A stretch of DNA of 64,000 bases from the human T2T-CHM13v2.0 reference genome, Homo sapiens. The translations under genes and the position numbers were made by a program. Shown one piece after another: positions 62,120-64,000 of this stretch. Each line of letters opens with the position of its first letter. Within the stretch, counting starts at the first letter, position 1. The notes beneath the pieces are model-generated. The model was not told the DNA's origin, ran no database searches, and saw only the letters and a program-made list of their open reading frames with translations. Location: assembly GCF_009914755.1 (NCBI RefSeq), contig NC_060941.1, one strand, 5' to 3'.

Positions 62120-62890
62120 CCTCTCTCCCCTTGACTGCTGTGCCACCACACCTTCTTGCCTCCTCATGCCCCTATGATGGGTCATTTTAGCCTTCTTTGT
62201 GGTTCTTCCTCCTCTGCCTGACCCTTGAGTGTAGGCTTTCCTCAGGATTCCACACTCTGCTTTCTCTCAACACATTCTTCTAAGGTAATCTCATTCATCG
62301 GCATGGCTTCCATCACCTTCCATGCCACTGACTCTTCAGATCTGCATTTCTAGCACAGATCTCACTCTCCTGAGCTCCAAACCCACATATCCAAGAGCCC
62401 AATGACAGCTCCACTTACATGAGCCATAGGGACCTCAAATGCAATGTGTCCTAAACCAAACTCATTATCATCCACTCCAAACCTGTTCTTCCTCCCATGT
62501 TCCCATGTCAGGAGATTTCAGCAACAAAACCTTCTCTTAGCTCTTTTTTCTTATGCATGTAAATCACCAAGTCTTGGTAAATCTGCCTCCTAAACTGAAC
62601 ACCGCTTAAACGCAACCACTGCTCTCTAGGTTCATAACTACTTCTATACCTGAAGTCCTCACCATCTCTTGCCTAGATAACTGAATAGCCTCCTAACTGG
62701 TCCTCTTGTTTCAACTCTTCCTCCCCTCCATTTTCCACACTGCTGCCAAAGTAATCTTTCTAATGTGCAAATCTAATTGTGTCCTGTTGTGGATATTGTT
62801 TTATTCTGCTGTGAATGTTTAACACTGAGCACACAGTACAGTAGGCACTTGATAATCAGTAAATGCTTATTGAGTAAAAAGAATAAATTA
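62120..62890 (+). mobile_element. L2 fragment
   Basis: CT-rich body (CTCTCCTGAGCTCCA, CATCTCTTGCCTAGAT) and tail GTAGGCACTTGATAA... Confidence 0.6.
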
Positions 62891-63164
62891 CTGAAACGTC
62901 CAGTAGGCCTACACTTTGACCTATGAACTAAAGATGTAAGTTTCACAGATTAACATTATAAAATGTGTGAAAAGCCCAGACTGACAACCAACCATTAACA
63001 CCAAATTTAAGCAACTTACATAATCTTAGTCTTAAAATAACTGCGAGGTTTACATCAAACTCTTAAAAATTACTGCTCTACTTCTCCCCTCCCCCCAGAC
63101 AAAAATAGTTGCTCCACTTTCCAAGAAAATCAAAAACAAATCTGAACATTCAACATTTACTTAC

Positions 63165-63192
63165 GTGCAAAGAATTGACTGGTCCTCACGAT
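63165..63192 (-). CDS. MYH10: MYH10 28-nt exon (~exon 4), (D)REDQSILC(T)
   Basis: ttttatag|ATCGTGAGGACCAGTCAATTCTTTGCAC|gtaagt; its phase joins the next exon. Confidence 0.96.
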
Positions 63193-64000
63193 CTATAAAA
63201 CAGAACAAAACAAACAAAAAAAAGAAAGTGACCATTTGCCTGGTTTTAAAATATTTGATATAATAAAGTTGCAGTAATAGCCTATAAAATATTAGTAACT
63301 ACTCCTCTCGAGCCAAGTTAATGCCTCCAACCCCATTATACAGTCCTAAATCTAATCAAACCCCCTCATATCTCCTATTATTATGCCAGTCTCTGGGGGT
63401 AAATAACAGTAACTCAGGCTTATTCCACACATCGTTTGCCTGGATGACTTTATATGCCTAATTAACCTTGATTCTCAAACCCTGCCGCATACAAATTCAA
63501 CCGGGAAGTTTTATAAAAATGTATTTCCTGGCACTCCACCTCACTAAATCATTCAACTCTGGGAGATGGGGATTAAAAACCCTTCTTTAAATAAGCTCCC
63601 CAGGTGATTATGACACCTGGCCAGATTTGGAAACCACGGCCTTTCAGAATGGCTTCAAGAATACCCACAACCAGAGAGGAATCATTGCTAATGTCATCTT
63701 AAAGGAGGAAAAAAAGTATTAAACACTGAGTGGAAAGAAAGTTGAAGGAGTATAAACATCTATAAATATAGTCTCAAGTCAACATGTTTTATACACCAAA
63801 TACAACAAAAGAATCTAACATGATTTTAAAGTGATTAATAATTTAAGGATCCAACTAAAATTTTCAAATAAAAAGGTGAAAATCAAACCACTATCTAGCC
63901 CATGGACAAAATTACCAGTAGAGGATGCAGAATTTCTAATCACTTATGAGTATTACTATCCCTATTTCACAGATGAGAAAATGTTCCTCAGGGAGGCTAG

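Overview
Primate genomic DNA, most likely human (Alu, SVA and L1 repeats). The whole window lies inside MYH10 (non-muscle myosin heavy chain IIB), which is transcribed on the minus strand. I read 12 constitutive motor-domain exons, from the 28-nt DREDQSILCT exon at 63165-63192 to the VDYKADEW...WKD exon at 9462-9576, and their phases join into one reading frame. Three alternative exons are also present: the 30-nt loop-1 insert (N30/B1, with a GC donor and a NAGNAG acceptor), the 18-nt SGSLLY microexon (R18) and the 63-nt loop-2 insert (B2). One intron (26215-28024) carries U12-type signals. The introns hold a full-length SVA with an apparent cluster of A>G changes, back-to-back PPIA and RPS26 processed pseudogenes with separate TSDs, 7SL and U6 pseudogenes, nested LTRs, two perfect 23-bp hairpins and many Alu/L1/L2/MER fragments. 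I found no evidence of a new protein-coding gene or a wholly new biological system; the best leads concern splicing regulation and mutational history. Exon numbers and repeat family names come from memory, and repeat boundaries are approximate unless TSDs are given.
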